A DNA stretch of 64,000 nucleotides from Candidatus Paceibacter sp. (GTDB taxonomy: Bacteria; Patescibacteriota; Minisyncoccia; UBA9983). The DNA is taken from NCBI GenBank assembly GCA_013360865.1, contig JABWAS010000005.1:507-64506 (forward strand), written 5' to 3'. The position numbers were made by a program, and so were the translations under genes. Positions 18,625-27,376 of the stretch are shown piece after piece; the stretch's first letter is position 1, and every line of letters begins with the position of its first letter. A model generated the notes under the pieces. That model was given only the letters and a program-made list of their open reading frames with translations. It made no database searches and was not told the DNA's origin.

Positions 18625-18665
18625 GTAATTTTTTCAAAAAAATAACCCGCCTCGTGGTTTACACA
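18625..18665 (-). terminator. probable rho-independent terminator after AlaRS-like paralog 2 (minus strand)
   Basis: Minus-strand reading ACCCGTCTTGTGTAAACCACGAGGCGGGT followed by TATTTTTTTG. Confidence 0.4.
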
Positions 18666-18686
18666 AGACGGGTCAGTGTTTGTTGA

Positions 18687-19979
18687 TCACTTCTTCGGTC
18701 GGCGTGATACATCCCGATGTTCCTCGATGAGTTTGAGAAACTCAGCCTTCGGAAAAGGGACGCCGTGACGAGCACAGAATTCCTCCAGAAGGTCTTCGGG
18801 AATGCCCATGCCGGTTTTCAAAGTGAATGCGTGTTGTGCATCCAACTCCTTGGCCGCGACGATCTTGTCGAGATACTTTCTGCTGCGATGCATCAGCTTT
18901 TCGAAGCCTTCACGCTCCTCGCTGAGCCAGTGTGCGATAACAGATTTCTGACGAAAGGTCATGTCCTTGTTATCGATCACTTCACTGAGAGAGTCTGCCC
19001 ATTCTTGAAGAATAGTCAGATTGATCCCTCGCAGGAAGATGCCGATCATCGCTCGCCGAAGCGCGCGACGGAGAAGGTATCCCTCCCGAGTATTGCTCGG
19101 AACAATACCCTCTCGAATCATCAGGATTGAGGTCTTGATGTGGTCGAGAATGACCCTTGTCCATGCTGTATCACCAATCCGCTGATTGATGAGTTGATAG
19201 GACGGGTCGTACTGATCGATCTCGTGGATTGAAGCGCGGTCTTGCAGGATCATGGCGAAGCGCTCAAGACCTGCGCCCGTATCCACACACTTCATCGGGA
19301 GAGGGGAAAAAAATCCCTGCTCGTCTTTGTAGTATTGCATGAACACTCCGGCATTCCAGATCTCGATATGCCGCCCAGGTACCAGCACGTCGTCCGTTTC
19401 TTTCTCGGCGAATTCCTCGCCTCGATCGAAGAAAACCTCCGTGCAGGGACCGCATGGGCCACTGGTTCCCGCCGGACCCCAGAAGTTGTCTACTGGCGGT
19501 CGGCCAATGATTCGATCTCGTGGCAGGAATTTCTCCCAGATGCGAGCCGATTCTTCGTCGCTTGGCACACCCGGCAGACTTTCGTCAGCCATGAATACCG
19601 TAGCAGAGAGGCGGTCGACTGGAATCCCGAAACCCTCGGTGATGAGTTCAAAGGCGAGTTCGATAGCTCGTTCCTTAAAATAATCTCCGAATGACCACGA
19701 CCCCATCATACGGAAGTTTGTTCCGTGATAGGAATCGCCGACGCTTTCGACGTCCACGAACCTGATACAGTCCTGCATGTTCGTCAGACGCGGGTATGGA
19801 GGCTTCGCCTGGCCCGTGAAGCAGGGCTTGAGCGGAGCCATGCCCGAGTTGATGAACATGAGGGTCGGATCATTCCTTGGAATAATCCCAGACGGCTGGA
19901 TGAATTGATGATCGTGGTTGAGGAAATGTTCCAGAAATGTCTGGCGTACCTCCTCGGTGGTTTTGTACGGTGGTGTCAC
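18687..19979 (-). CDS. alanyl-tRNA synthetase catalytic-domain paralog 2 (truncated, 430 aa)
   Basis: RNDPTLMFINSGMAPLKP, WSFGDYFKERAIELAFE, GPCGPCTEVFFDRGEE, IEIWNAGVFMQYY and TGAGLERFAMILQ reproduce the AlaRS aminoacylation-core motifs. Lacks editing and C-Ala domains. Confidence 0.75.
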   Translation of the reverse strand: MTPPYKTTEEVRQTFLEHFLNHDHQFIQPSGIIPRNDPTLMFINSGMAPLKPCFTGQAKPPYPRLTNMQDCIRFVDVESVGDSYHGTNFRMMGSWSFGDYFKERAIELAFELITEGFGIPVDRLSATVFMADESLPGVPSDEESARIWEKFLPRDRIIGRPPVDNFWGPAGTSGPCGPCTEVFFDRGEEFAEKETDDVLVPGRHIEIWNAGVFMQYYKDEQGFFSPLPMKCVDTGAGLERFAMILQDRASIHEIDQYDPSYQLINQRIGDTAWTRVILDHIKTSILMIREGIVPSNTREGYLLRRALRRAMIGIFLRGINLTILQEWADSLSEVIDNKDMTFRQKSVIAHWLSEEREGFEKLMHRSRKYLDKIVAAKELDAQHAFTLKTGMGIPEDLLEEFCARHGVPFPKAEFLKLIEEHRDVSRRPKK

Positions 19980-19981
19980 TG

Positions 19982-20719
19982 TTAGCCTCCTTTTTTGAGA
20001 TAGTGAATGTTTTGTGTTATCTGATCTTCTGTTGTCATACCAATAACAACAGATGTGCCGAGAGTAAGTGCGTTTTGTGTAATCATCTCGGCCGAGTGCG
20101 GGCCAGTGAGCAACTTCCCCTGTTTAAACAAACTTCTCAAGAGAATCTCCTTTTTAAGATCGAGTAGATATGGGAGCTGTTGAAGCACCCAAGTTTGCTC
20201 AGTGTTGAAAGGAGCCGCAATCACGTCGATGTGCGACAAAACCGTTTCAGCGACGGAACATGAGAAATTGTCGGGCAGGGAAATTCCTACGCGCTTGACT
20301 ATGCCTTCATACTTAAGCCCGTTAAGGCATTCAAGGATTGCTATTGATTCTGACGACCACGTGGGTAGCCAGTTGTGCAGAAGTACCGCGTCGATAGAAG
20401 ATCGCCGTAGCCTTTCCAATGATTCGTACACGCTTTGATAGATACCATCTCGTGAGTAGAATCTTTGGATCAGTTCAGGTGCTTCCAGATTCGGTTTTGA
20501 TGCTGCCGGAATTTTGGTCACAATGACCGCATCTTCCGGTAGACATGTACCAAGCATCTCCTCGACTTTGCCTCCACCATAGACGGCCGCCGTATCGAAA
20601 CGACGAATACCGGAGCTGATGGCGAAAAGCAGAAGCGATTCAATGTAGGCGGGGGACAAGTTTTTGAACTGCCCTCCAAGTTGCCACGTACCGAAGTAGA
20701 GGCGATTAAACCATGCCAT
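19982..20719 (-). CDS. aldo/keto reductase family oxidoreductase
   Basis: FGTWQLGG and FDTAAVYGGGKVEEMLG motifs; 245 aa. Start codon lies inside the right inverted repeat. 2-nt gap to the downstream AlaRS-like gene. Confidence 0.7.
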   Translation of the reverse strand: MAWFNRLYFGTWQLGGQFKNLSPAYIESLLLFAISSGIRRFDTAAVYGGGKVEEMLGTCLPEDAVIVTKIPAASKPNLEAPELIQRFYSRDGIYQSVYESLERLRRSSIDAVLLHNWLPTWSSESIAILECLNGLKYEGIVKRVGISLPDNFSCSVAETVLSHIDVIAAPFNTEQTWVLQQLPYLLDLKKEILLRSLFKQGKLLTGPHSAEMITQNALTLGTSVVIGMTTEDQITQNIHYLKKGG

Positions 20720-20815
20720 AATTCACCTCCTTTTGGGGTTGTAAATGTGCAATTTTCAGAAATCCACCAGGATTTCTTCTATTGTTCTTTTAACACAAAT
20801 TTGTACTTTATGCAA
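20717..20815 (-). repeat. right ~97-bp inverted repeat carrying RBS and ATG of the aldo/keto reductase gene
   Basis: Reverse complement matches 14781-14875 at about 97% identity. Confidence 0.85.
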
Positions 20816-20837
20816 GATTGCACACTTGGGCCGACAG

Positions 20838-21296
20838 ATGGAGTCTGTCCTAACTAAGCAAGTAGGTGATGCCTTCAGAGAGTTTATTTCTAAAGAAGGT
20901 ATCTCATATGAAACCACTGGAGATGCCACGCTGGGTGACGAGAACATAATTCATGCGCACTGGTCGTGTGTTATTGGCGGAAAATTCGGTCCATCCGTCA
21001 CGCTTTATAGCTTGGTCATGTGGGGAAAATCACTTTCGGAATATCTTGACGATCGAAAGAACGACCCCGAGTTGCCAAATGCAAAAGTCACGGATTTGAA
21101 GTTTTCTATGCACAATACCAGTGGGGGTATAAAAATTGTATTGAATCAGGGGCAGTCCGAAAAACTTTTATCAAGGATTGAGGAGGAGATAAAGAAAAAT
21201 AAGGAGCTTGAGGAATATAGGAAGAAATGGCAAGAACTCTACCACAACGGCTCACTCCTTATTGGGAAGATAGATTCTTGGCTTTCTTCAGAATAA
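20838..21296 (+). CDS. hypothetical protein
   Basis: ~152 aa ORF (internal Met of tracked ORF 20745-21296) immediately outside the right inverted repeat; no recognisable motif. Confidence 0.4.
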   Translation: MESVLTKQVGDAFREFISKEGISYETTGDATLGDENIIHAHWSCVIGGKFGPSVTLYSLVMWGKSLSEYLDDRKNDPELPNAKVTDLKFSMHNTSGGIKIVLNQGQSEKLLSRIEEEIKKNKELEEYRKKWQELYHNGSLLIGKIDSWLSSE

Positions 21297-21298
21297 AT

Positions 21299-21745
21299 AT
21301 GGAAGAAAATATCATTATTGAAAAAATAGAATGCGTGGTGCGCGATTCCGCAACCGAACAAATCGACCACCTAAGAAGGGGTCGGGTTGAACGTAATTTT
21401 ACGACATACTTGGCAAATAAACTTAAACCAATTTTTGAGGATGGAACTATTACTGTTGACCCCTTTTATAACAGGCATGGGGATGCGGCGAAAAGATTGA
21501 ACGGCAGTTTGATTGAACTTGATATCGCGATTCATGAACAAGGGGTTGATCACAATAATCTAGTCGCCATTGAACTCGAAACTAACAATAAGCCGACACG
21601 TGATGATCTGTGGAAAATAGAAAGACTGACCAAAGAACTTGATGGCTATGGTTACAAGCTCGGGTTATTTGTGGTCTCTGGAATAAATGATAAGGCTGGA
21701 GAAGTTATCGCGATGGAGTGGTATAAAAATGGTAAACCTTTGTAA
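21299..21745 (+). CDS. hypothetical protein
   Basis: ~148 aa; starts 2 nt after the previous stop; no recognisable motif. Confidence 0.4.
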   Translation: MEENIIIEKIECVVRDSATEQIDHLRRGRVERNFTTYLANKLKPIFEDGTITVDPFYNRHGDAAKRLNGSLIELDIAIHEQGVDHNNLVAIELETNNKPTRDDLWKIERLTKELDGYGYKLGLFVVSGINDKAGEVIAMEWYKNGKPL

Positions 21746-21911
21746 GTGAGACAGTCCCGAGATGCCGTTTTGGTGTCTCATTTGTCTCATTCTCAAAAAC
21801 AATGCCTCTACCGAGAGGCCTAAATCTGGTATACTTGAAAGTACCAAAGAACCCTTACACGGCCTCACCCCAAAAGTTCCGAGACCGTGAGGGGGCATTT
21901 TAAAAATTTTA

Positions 21912-21985
21912 GGGCGCTTAGCTCAGTTGGTTAGAGCGTCTCGTTTACACCGAGAAGGCCGGGGGTTCGAATCCCTCAGCGCCCA
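21912..21985 (+). tRNA. tRNA-Val (anticodon TAC)
   Basis: Acceptor GGGCGCT/AGCGCCC, D-arm AGCTCAGTTGGTTAGAGC, anticodon stem TCTCG/CGAGA with loop TTTACAC, T-loop GGTTCGAATCC. Confidence 0.8.
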
Positions 21986-22067
21986 CAGAATTTAAGTTTG
22001 GGGGTACCCTTGTGGCACTTTTGCCGTTTCTATATCATCACTTTTGCGGGCTATAACCAAGAAATAT

Positions 22068-22883
22068 TTATAAATTGTCTTTTGTTTCGTTTTCCGCAGT
22101 TTCTTGAATGTGGCGCAATAATGTTTTTACTGATTCCGAACACCCCGCAAAGCCATTTTCCGGTTCATAAGGAAGTTTGAATGAAACATTGTCTTGCAGT
22201 TTGTCGTCCCACCACCATATCGTTACGATCTTTTCAAATTGATTCAGTGATGTATCATCAATATTTTCGCGCGGAATATCTTTTGCACAATTTTCAAAAA
22301 GTGCTTCTCGATTTATTCCTTTATTGGGATATATTACTTCGCACTTATTATTTACGCAGTCATATCCGGCAAGCTCAACGCAACTATATATGCATGTACT
22401 CTCATACGAATCTATAAATGCCTGTATTCTGTCCGCATCTTTTTTATTTACAAACGTATAACATCCAAAAGGACATTTAGATTGAACTTGCGCGCAATCG
22501 CTTTTAACTTCGCAATATTGTGTTTCTTTTATCGCTCGCTTTATGCCTTCTTGTGTTTGCGGAATTTTATATGAAGGACCGCTATCACAATATACAACTG
22601 ATTCGCCAATAGGAATACGAAAGAGAGTATACGCTTTTATGCGCAGTGCGCTGCTTACTTTTTCCTCAACAATAGTACTGCCAAAAACCCGAATACCGAG
22701 TTGCTCAATGGGATTGTCATATAGAATTGACCAACCCGCATGCTTGCATTCAATTTCCGCTTCGCTTAAATCCACCTGATTGCGGACGGTCAGCTTCGTT
22801 GTTGCGACACCGCTAATAAGAAAAAGAATGATCCCCAGAAAAACATATTTTCCAAGATTAAACATTTTTTTATTGTAGCTCAA
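22068..22883 (-). CDS. secreted cysteine-rich hypothetical protein
   Basis: N-terminal signal/TM segment (KYVFLGIILFLISGV); 14+ Cys in the mature part; AT-rich. Confidence 0.5.
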   Translation of the reverse strand: MSYNKKMFNLGKYVFLGIILFLISGVATTKLTVRNQVDLSEAEIECKHAGWSILYDNPIEQLGIRVFGSTIVEEKVSSALRIKAYTLFRIPIGESVVYCDSGPSYKIPQTQEGIKRAIKETQYCEVKSDCAQVQSKCPFGCYTFVNKKDADRIQAFIDSYESTCIYSCVELAGYDCVNNKCEVIYPNKGINREALFENCAKDIPRENIDDTSLNQFEKIVTIWWWDDKLQDNVSFKLPYEPENGFAGCSESVKTLLRHIQETAENETKDNL

Positions 22884-23222
22884 ACTTTATAATTTTATAA
22901 GATCGAACATATACTACGTATGTTATGCACGTTGTGTATGTCCTCAGTGGTGCCTGCCGAAACTCATCATTTGAGCGAGGCTCTAACACTGGATGGGATT
23001 TTACCCCCCCCCACACCAAAAACTTTGGTGTGGGGGTTTGCCGAAGTTTTGAAAAAAGTGCTCCGAAGCAGCGTCTTGGAGTTACCTACACGGGTAAAAT
23101 AAGGCAAAAGATGCTACAACATTAATCATAAACGGCTCTTTTAGAGCCTGGAGAGAGGTTCTAACCTGTTGTTCTTCTAAAGTGCACAACTTAAAACCAT
23201 CGGTAAAAAATCAGCTATAATA

Positions 23223-25925
23223 TTGAGCATGGATTTGACCGCTAAAAACAACTGGCATAAACGAGATGTTTTTGAAGTCCTTAGTGCGCTGGGTTCCGGC
23301 CAAAACGGTTTAAGCGAACAAGAGGCTAGGGAAAGGCTTTTAAAACAAGGGCGCAACGTTATTCCGGAGATTAAACCGCCGGGTATTTTTCTTATTTTCC
23401 TAAGGCAGTTTCAAAGTCCTCTGATTTACATATTGCTTGCCGCCAGTCTGGTTGTTTTTTTAATGGGGGAAGCGGTTGACAGCCTCATCATAGCTTTCGT
23501 CCTTTTGTTTAACGCGGGCATGGGAACGGTTCAGGAGGGCAAGTCGCAAAACACCCTGGCGGCTTTGAAAAAGTTTACAGAAACGGGAGCTGTTGTCGTC
23601 CGCGGCGGGGAGGAAATGATTGTTCCGGACAGCGAAGTGGTCGACGGGGACGTTTTGATTTTGCGCGAAGGAGACAAGATTCCCGCCGATGCCAGAATAA
23701 TTTTTTCCAGCTCCTTAAAAGTTGACGAAGCCAGCATAACCGGAGAATCGGAACCTGTTTATAAAACGGCGGATATTATGGCCGGGAATTCCGGACACGT
23801 TGTCGTCGCCGACAGAATGAACATGGTTTTTAAAGGAAGTCATGTCGTGTCCGGCGGCGGGAAAGCCGTGGTTACCGCGACAGGCTTGAAAACCGTAATA
23901 GGCGGCATCTCCAAAAAAATAATCGGGATTGATTCGGAAATGCCGCTCAAGAAAAATATCAGGTATTTGTCCCGAGCTATCATAATTGCCGTTGCCTTAA
24001 TCAGCGGTTTGATTTTTTGGGGCGGGGTGAGTATGGGAAAGGCGGCGGGAGAGATGTTCGCGGTCGTTGTTTCTCTTTCCGTTTCCATCATTCCCGAAGG
24101 GTTGCCGGTGGTTATTACTCTTGTTTTGGCCACCGGAGTCTGGAGAATGGCGAAAAGCAACGCTTTGGTCAAGAGGCTCCAGGCCGTTGAGGCTCTTGGC
24201 CAGGCGAAAGTGATAGCCGTGGACAAGACCGGCACCATAACCAAAAACGAAATGGCCGTTCAGAAGTTTTTCATTGCTGGGAAATTTTTTGAAGTCGGGG
24301 GTTCCGGCTATGTTCCGAAAGGGGAGATAAAGGAAAACGGCGCCGCTATTGAACCACTGAATCACAAGGAGATTATTCTCGCTGGAAAAATCGCCGCTTT
24401 TTGCGCAAACGCCAGGATAAAATATTCAAAAGAAAAAAAAGAATGGTCCGCCATCGGCGACCCGACGGAGGCCGCTTTGTTTGTTTTTTCGGAAAAAGTC
24501 GGATTCAGCAAGGAAAAAATTGAAAAAGAATCGCCATTGGTTTCAGAAATACCTTTTAATTTTGAAAACAAATACCACGCGACTCTGCACGGCAACGTGG
24601 AGGGAAGCGGATTTTTAACCGTAGTCGGAGCTCCGGAAACCGTAGTTTCTTTGTCCGGCGAAATATTTGACGGGCAGAATTTCACGCGTCTAAACGCGGA
24701 GGAAAAAGAAAAAATGGAGAATGTGGTTGCCGAAATGTCCCGCGAGGGGTTGAGAGTCCTCGCTTTTGCCGTCAAAAAAATTCCGGAGAAAAAACTGGAA
24801 CAAGAAGACATCGCCGATGTTTGCCTTGTCGGATTTTTCGGAATAAAAGACACGCTTCGTCTGGAGGCGGTGGAGTCCATAAAAAAGGCCAAAGACGCGG
24901 GCATAAAAGTCATAATGATTACGGGCGACCACAAAATCACGGCAGCGGCCATCGCCAGAGAGGCCGGTATTTATAAAGAGGGGGATGCCGTGATGACGGG
25001 CCGCCAGATTGACGAAATTGATGAAAAAGAATTTTTAGGCCAACTGAACTCCGTTTCCGTTTTCGCCAGGGTTACGCCCGACCATAAACTGAAGATAATA
25101 AACGCTTATAAAAAGCAGGGCGACATTATAGCGATGACAGGGGACGGCGTAAATGACGCGCCGTCGCTTGTGGCCGCTGATCTCGGGGTGGCTATGGGAA
25201 AGATAGGCACGGAGGTGGCAAAGGAAGCCTCGGATATCGTTCTGCTGGACGATAATTTATCCAGCGTCGTCGCGGCCATTGAGGAAGGAAGAAGCATTTA
25301 TAAAACCATCAAGAAAGTAACTCTTTACCTTTTCTCAACCAGTCTGGGTGAGGTTTTGACGGTGGCGGGTGCGCTGTTCTTCGGTTTGCCGCTGCCGATT
25401 CTGGCCTCGCAGATAATATGGCTGAACTTTGTCACGGACGGTTTCTTGGTTGTCGCATTGGCGATGGAACCGAAGGAAAGCAAATTGCTCAATGGCGGTT
25501 TCAAAAAGCCGGGCAAACTGATAGTTGATTTTTTGATGTTGCAAAGAATGGCGGTGATGGCTTTGCCGATGGCACTGGGCGCTCTGGTTTTGTTTTTGAT
25601 GCATCTGGGCGACGGGATGGATAAGGCGAGAACGGCGGCTCTTACCGCCTTGGCGGTGTTCCAGTGGTTTAACGCCTGGAACTGCCGGAGCGAAAAAGAG
25701 TCCGTTTTCGGCAAAGGAATTTTGGGTAACAAGATTTTAATCGCCTTGACTTTTGTGGTGATTTTCTTGCAGGGGTTGGCCGTTTATAATCCGTTTATGC
25801 GGAAAATATTGCATACTGTTCCTCTTGATTTGGGCGACTGGATGTTGATAGCCGCGACGGCTTTTGCCATTATTATCGTGGAAGAGGTTCGCAAACTGAT
25901 TCACCGGAAAATAAGCGCGATATGA
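23223..25925 (+). CDS. P-type cation-transporting ATPase (P2-type, Ca2+/Mg2+-ATPase-like)
   Basis: 900 aa; phosphorylation motif DKTGTIT, TGES, MITGDH, GDGVNDAPSL hinge motif, ten predicted TM segments. Confidence 0.9.
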   Translation: MSMDLTAKNNWHKRDVFEVLSALGSGQNGLSEQEARERLLKQGRNVIPEIKPPGIFLIFLRQFQSPLIYILLAASLVVFLMGEAVDSLIIAFVLLFNAGMGTVQEGKSQNTLAALKKFTETGAVVVRGGEEMIVPDSEVVDGDVLILREGDKIPADARIIFSSSLKVDEASITGESEPVYKTADIMAGNSGHVVVADRMNMVFKGSHVVSGGGKAVVTATGLKTVIGGISKKIIGIDSEMPLKKNIRYLSRAIIIAVALISGLIFWGGVSMGKAAGEMFAVVVSLSVSIIPEGLPVVITLVLATGVWRMAKSNALVKRLQAVEALGQAKVIAVDKTGTITKNEMAVQKFFIAGKFFEVGGSGYVPKGEIKENGAAIEPLNHKEIILAGKIAAFCANARIKYSKEKKEWSAIGDPTEAALFVFSEKVGFSKEKIEKESPLVSEIPFNFENKYHATLHGNVEGSGFLTVVGAPETVVSLSGEIFDGQNFTRLNAEEKEKMENVVAEMSREGLRVLAFAVKKIPEKKLEQEDIADVCLVGFFGIKDTLRLEAVESIKKAKDAGIKVIMITGDHKITAAAIAREAGIYKEGDAVMTGRQIDEIDEKEFLGQLNSVSVFARVTPDHKLKIINAYKKQGDIIAMTGDGVNDAPSLVAADLGVAMGKIGTEVAKEASDIVLLDDNLSSVVAAIEEGRSIYKTIKKVTLYLFSTSLGEVLTVAGALFFGLPLPILASQIIWLNFVTDGFLVVALAMEPKESKLLNGGFKKPGKLIVDFLMLQRMAVMALPMALGALVLFLMHLGDGMDKARTAALTALAVFQWFNAWNCRSEKESVFGKGILGNKILIALTFVVIFLQGLAVYNPFMRKILHTVPLDLGDWMLIAATAFAIIIVEEVRKLIHRKISAI

Positions 25926-25932
25926 AGTTTTT

Positions 25933-26679
25933 ATGTTTTCAAAATCGGATATAAAAATCATTTATCAAGATAACGACGTAATCGCCGTCAATAAGCCGGC
26001 GGGAATCGTGGCGCATCGCGCCAATCTTAAATCTAAAATCTTAAACCTAAAAAACGAAAAGGAAGATGTTTTTTTAACCGACTGGCTGGTGGAAAAATTT
26101 CCGGAAATAAAAAGAGTGGGCGATAAGCCGGAGTTGCGTCCGGGAATAGTACATCGCTTGGACAAAGACACTTCCGGAGTTTTAGTCGTGGCCAAAAATC
26201 AAAAAGCGTTTGAGTATTTGAAATCTTTGTTTCAAAAAAAAGAAATTGTCAAAAAATACGTTGCCTTAGTGGAAGGAAATTTAAAAAAAGACAAAGGAAT
26301 TATTGATTTGCCCATCGGCAGAAGCAAGAGCGATTTCAGAAAGAAACTGGCGTCGGAAGAGGCGAGGGGAGAATTGCGGGAGGCCATTACGGAATATAAA
26401 GTTTTGGAAAAATTTCCCGATTACACCCTGGTTGAGGCTTATCCAAAAACCGGCCGCACCCACCAGATAAGGGTTCATTTTAAAGCTATCGGCCATCCGG
26501 TGGCCTGCGATTCGCTGTATGGTGGTAGAAAATCAAAATGTCCCGAAGGTTTGAACCGGCATTTTTTGCACGCCAATTTTTTGGAGTTGAACCTGCCGTC
26601 TGGCGCCAGGATAAAACTGGAAGCCGATTTGCCGCCGGATCTGGAAAACGCGCTGGCGATATTGCGTCAAAACAAATAA
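25933..26679 (+). CDS. RluA-family pseudouridine synthase (RluD/RluC-like)
   Basis: Catalytic-Asp motif HRLDKDTSGVLVVAKN; 248 aa. Confidence 0.8.
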   Translation: MFSKSDIKIIYQDNDVIAVNKPAGIVAHRANLKSKILNLKNEKEDVFLTDWLVEKFPEIKRVGDKPELRPGIVHRLDKDTSGVLVVAKNQKAFEYLKSLFQKKEIVKKYVALVEGNLKKDKGIIDLPIGRSKSDFRKKLASEEARGELREAITEYKVLEKFPDYTLVEAYPKTGRTHQIRVHFKAIGHPVACDSLYGGRKSKCPEGLNRHFLHANFLELNLPSGARIKLEADLPPDLENALAILRQNK

Positions 26680-26688
26680 TGTGCTAAA

Positions 26689-27096
26689 TTGCCATTTATG
26701 AGCGTAAACGTTGAACAGAGGAAAAATTGGAATTTAAAGCCCGGCAACACGGTAAAAGTTTGGCAGAAAATCAAGGAAGGAGAGAAATTCAGGCTCCAGG
26801 CTTTTGAGGGTATGATTATCGCCCACAAACACGGCGCTGAATCAGGGGCGACTTTCACGGTGCGCAAAATTTCCGACGGCGTGGGCGTGGAAAGAATATT
26901 CCCCCTATTTTCCCCGAACATAGAAAAAGTTGACCTGGTGCGGGAATCCAAAGCCAGAAGGGCGAAACTTTATTACGTCCGGACCAAGGCCGCCAAAGAC
27001 ATCCGCAAGAAAATGAAGCATCTGAAAGCGGAAGGGAAGAAAAAAACGGAAGCGGAGCCACTCAAGGCGACGCAAGAACCGGCCGCGAAAGAATAA
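26689..27096 (+). CDS. rplS: 50S ribosomal protein L19 with Lys-rich C-terminal extension
   Basis: [29 protein letters not shown] and [18 protein letters not shown] typical L19. Confidence 0.85.
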   Translation: MPFMSVNVEQRKNWNLKPGNTVKVWQKIKEGEKFRLQAFEGMIIAHKHGAESGATFTVRKISDGVGVERIFPLFSPNIEKVDLVRESKARRAKLYYVRTKAAKDIRKKMKHLKAEGKKKTEAEPLKATQEPAAKE

Positions 27097-27189
27097 TTTA
27101 TCAAGAGCTAAAAGCCGTCCCGTCAATGGGCGGTTTTTGTTTGACGATTGAAAAAAAGACGGTTATTGGGCATAATGGGCGAGTAGAAA

Positions 27190-27271
27190 GGGCGTGTGGT
27201 GGAATTGGTATACACGTACGCTTGAGGTGCGTATGCCTTACGGCTTGGAGGTTCGAGTCCTCTCACGCCCA
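27190..27271 (+). tRNA. tRNA-Leu (anticodon GAG), long variable arm
   Basis: Acceptor GGGCGTG/CACGCCC, anticodon stem TACGC/GCGTA with loop TTGAGGT, extra arm, T-loop GGTTCGAGTCC. Confidence 0.6.
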
Positions 27272-27376
27272 CAGCTGGTTCGCCGTTGGCGGATAAGCAA
27301 AATGGTGGCTATAGCTTAGTGGTAAAGCTCCGCTCTGTGGGTTTTTCCACAGTCTTACCCTTTACCTTTATGATAT

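Noticed and set aside
14781-20815. Interpretation of the ~97-bp inverted repeats as terminal inverted repeats of an IS/composite transposon
   Set aside because: No transposase gene lies between them, and each repeat contains the RBS and ATG of an inward-facing gene. They are more simply duplicated regulatory leaders, though mobilisation cannot be excluded.
27303-27375. Calling 27303-27375 a complete tRNA gene
   Set aside because: Only acceptor 5' strand and D-arm are recognisable; no T-arm or acceptor 3' strand. Recorded as a fragment in findings instead.
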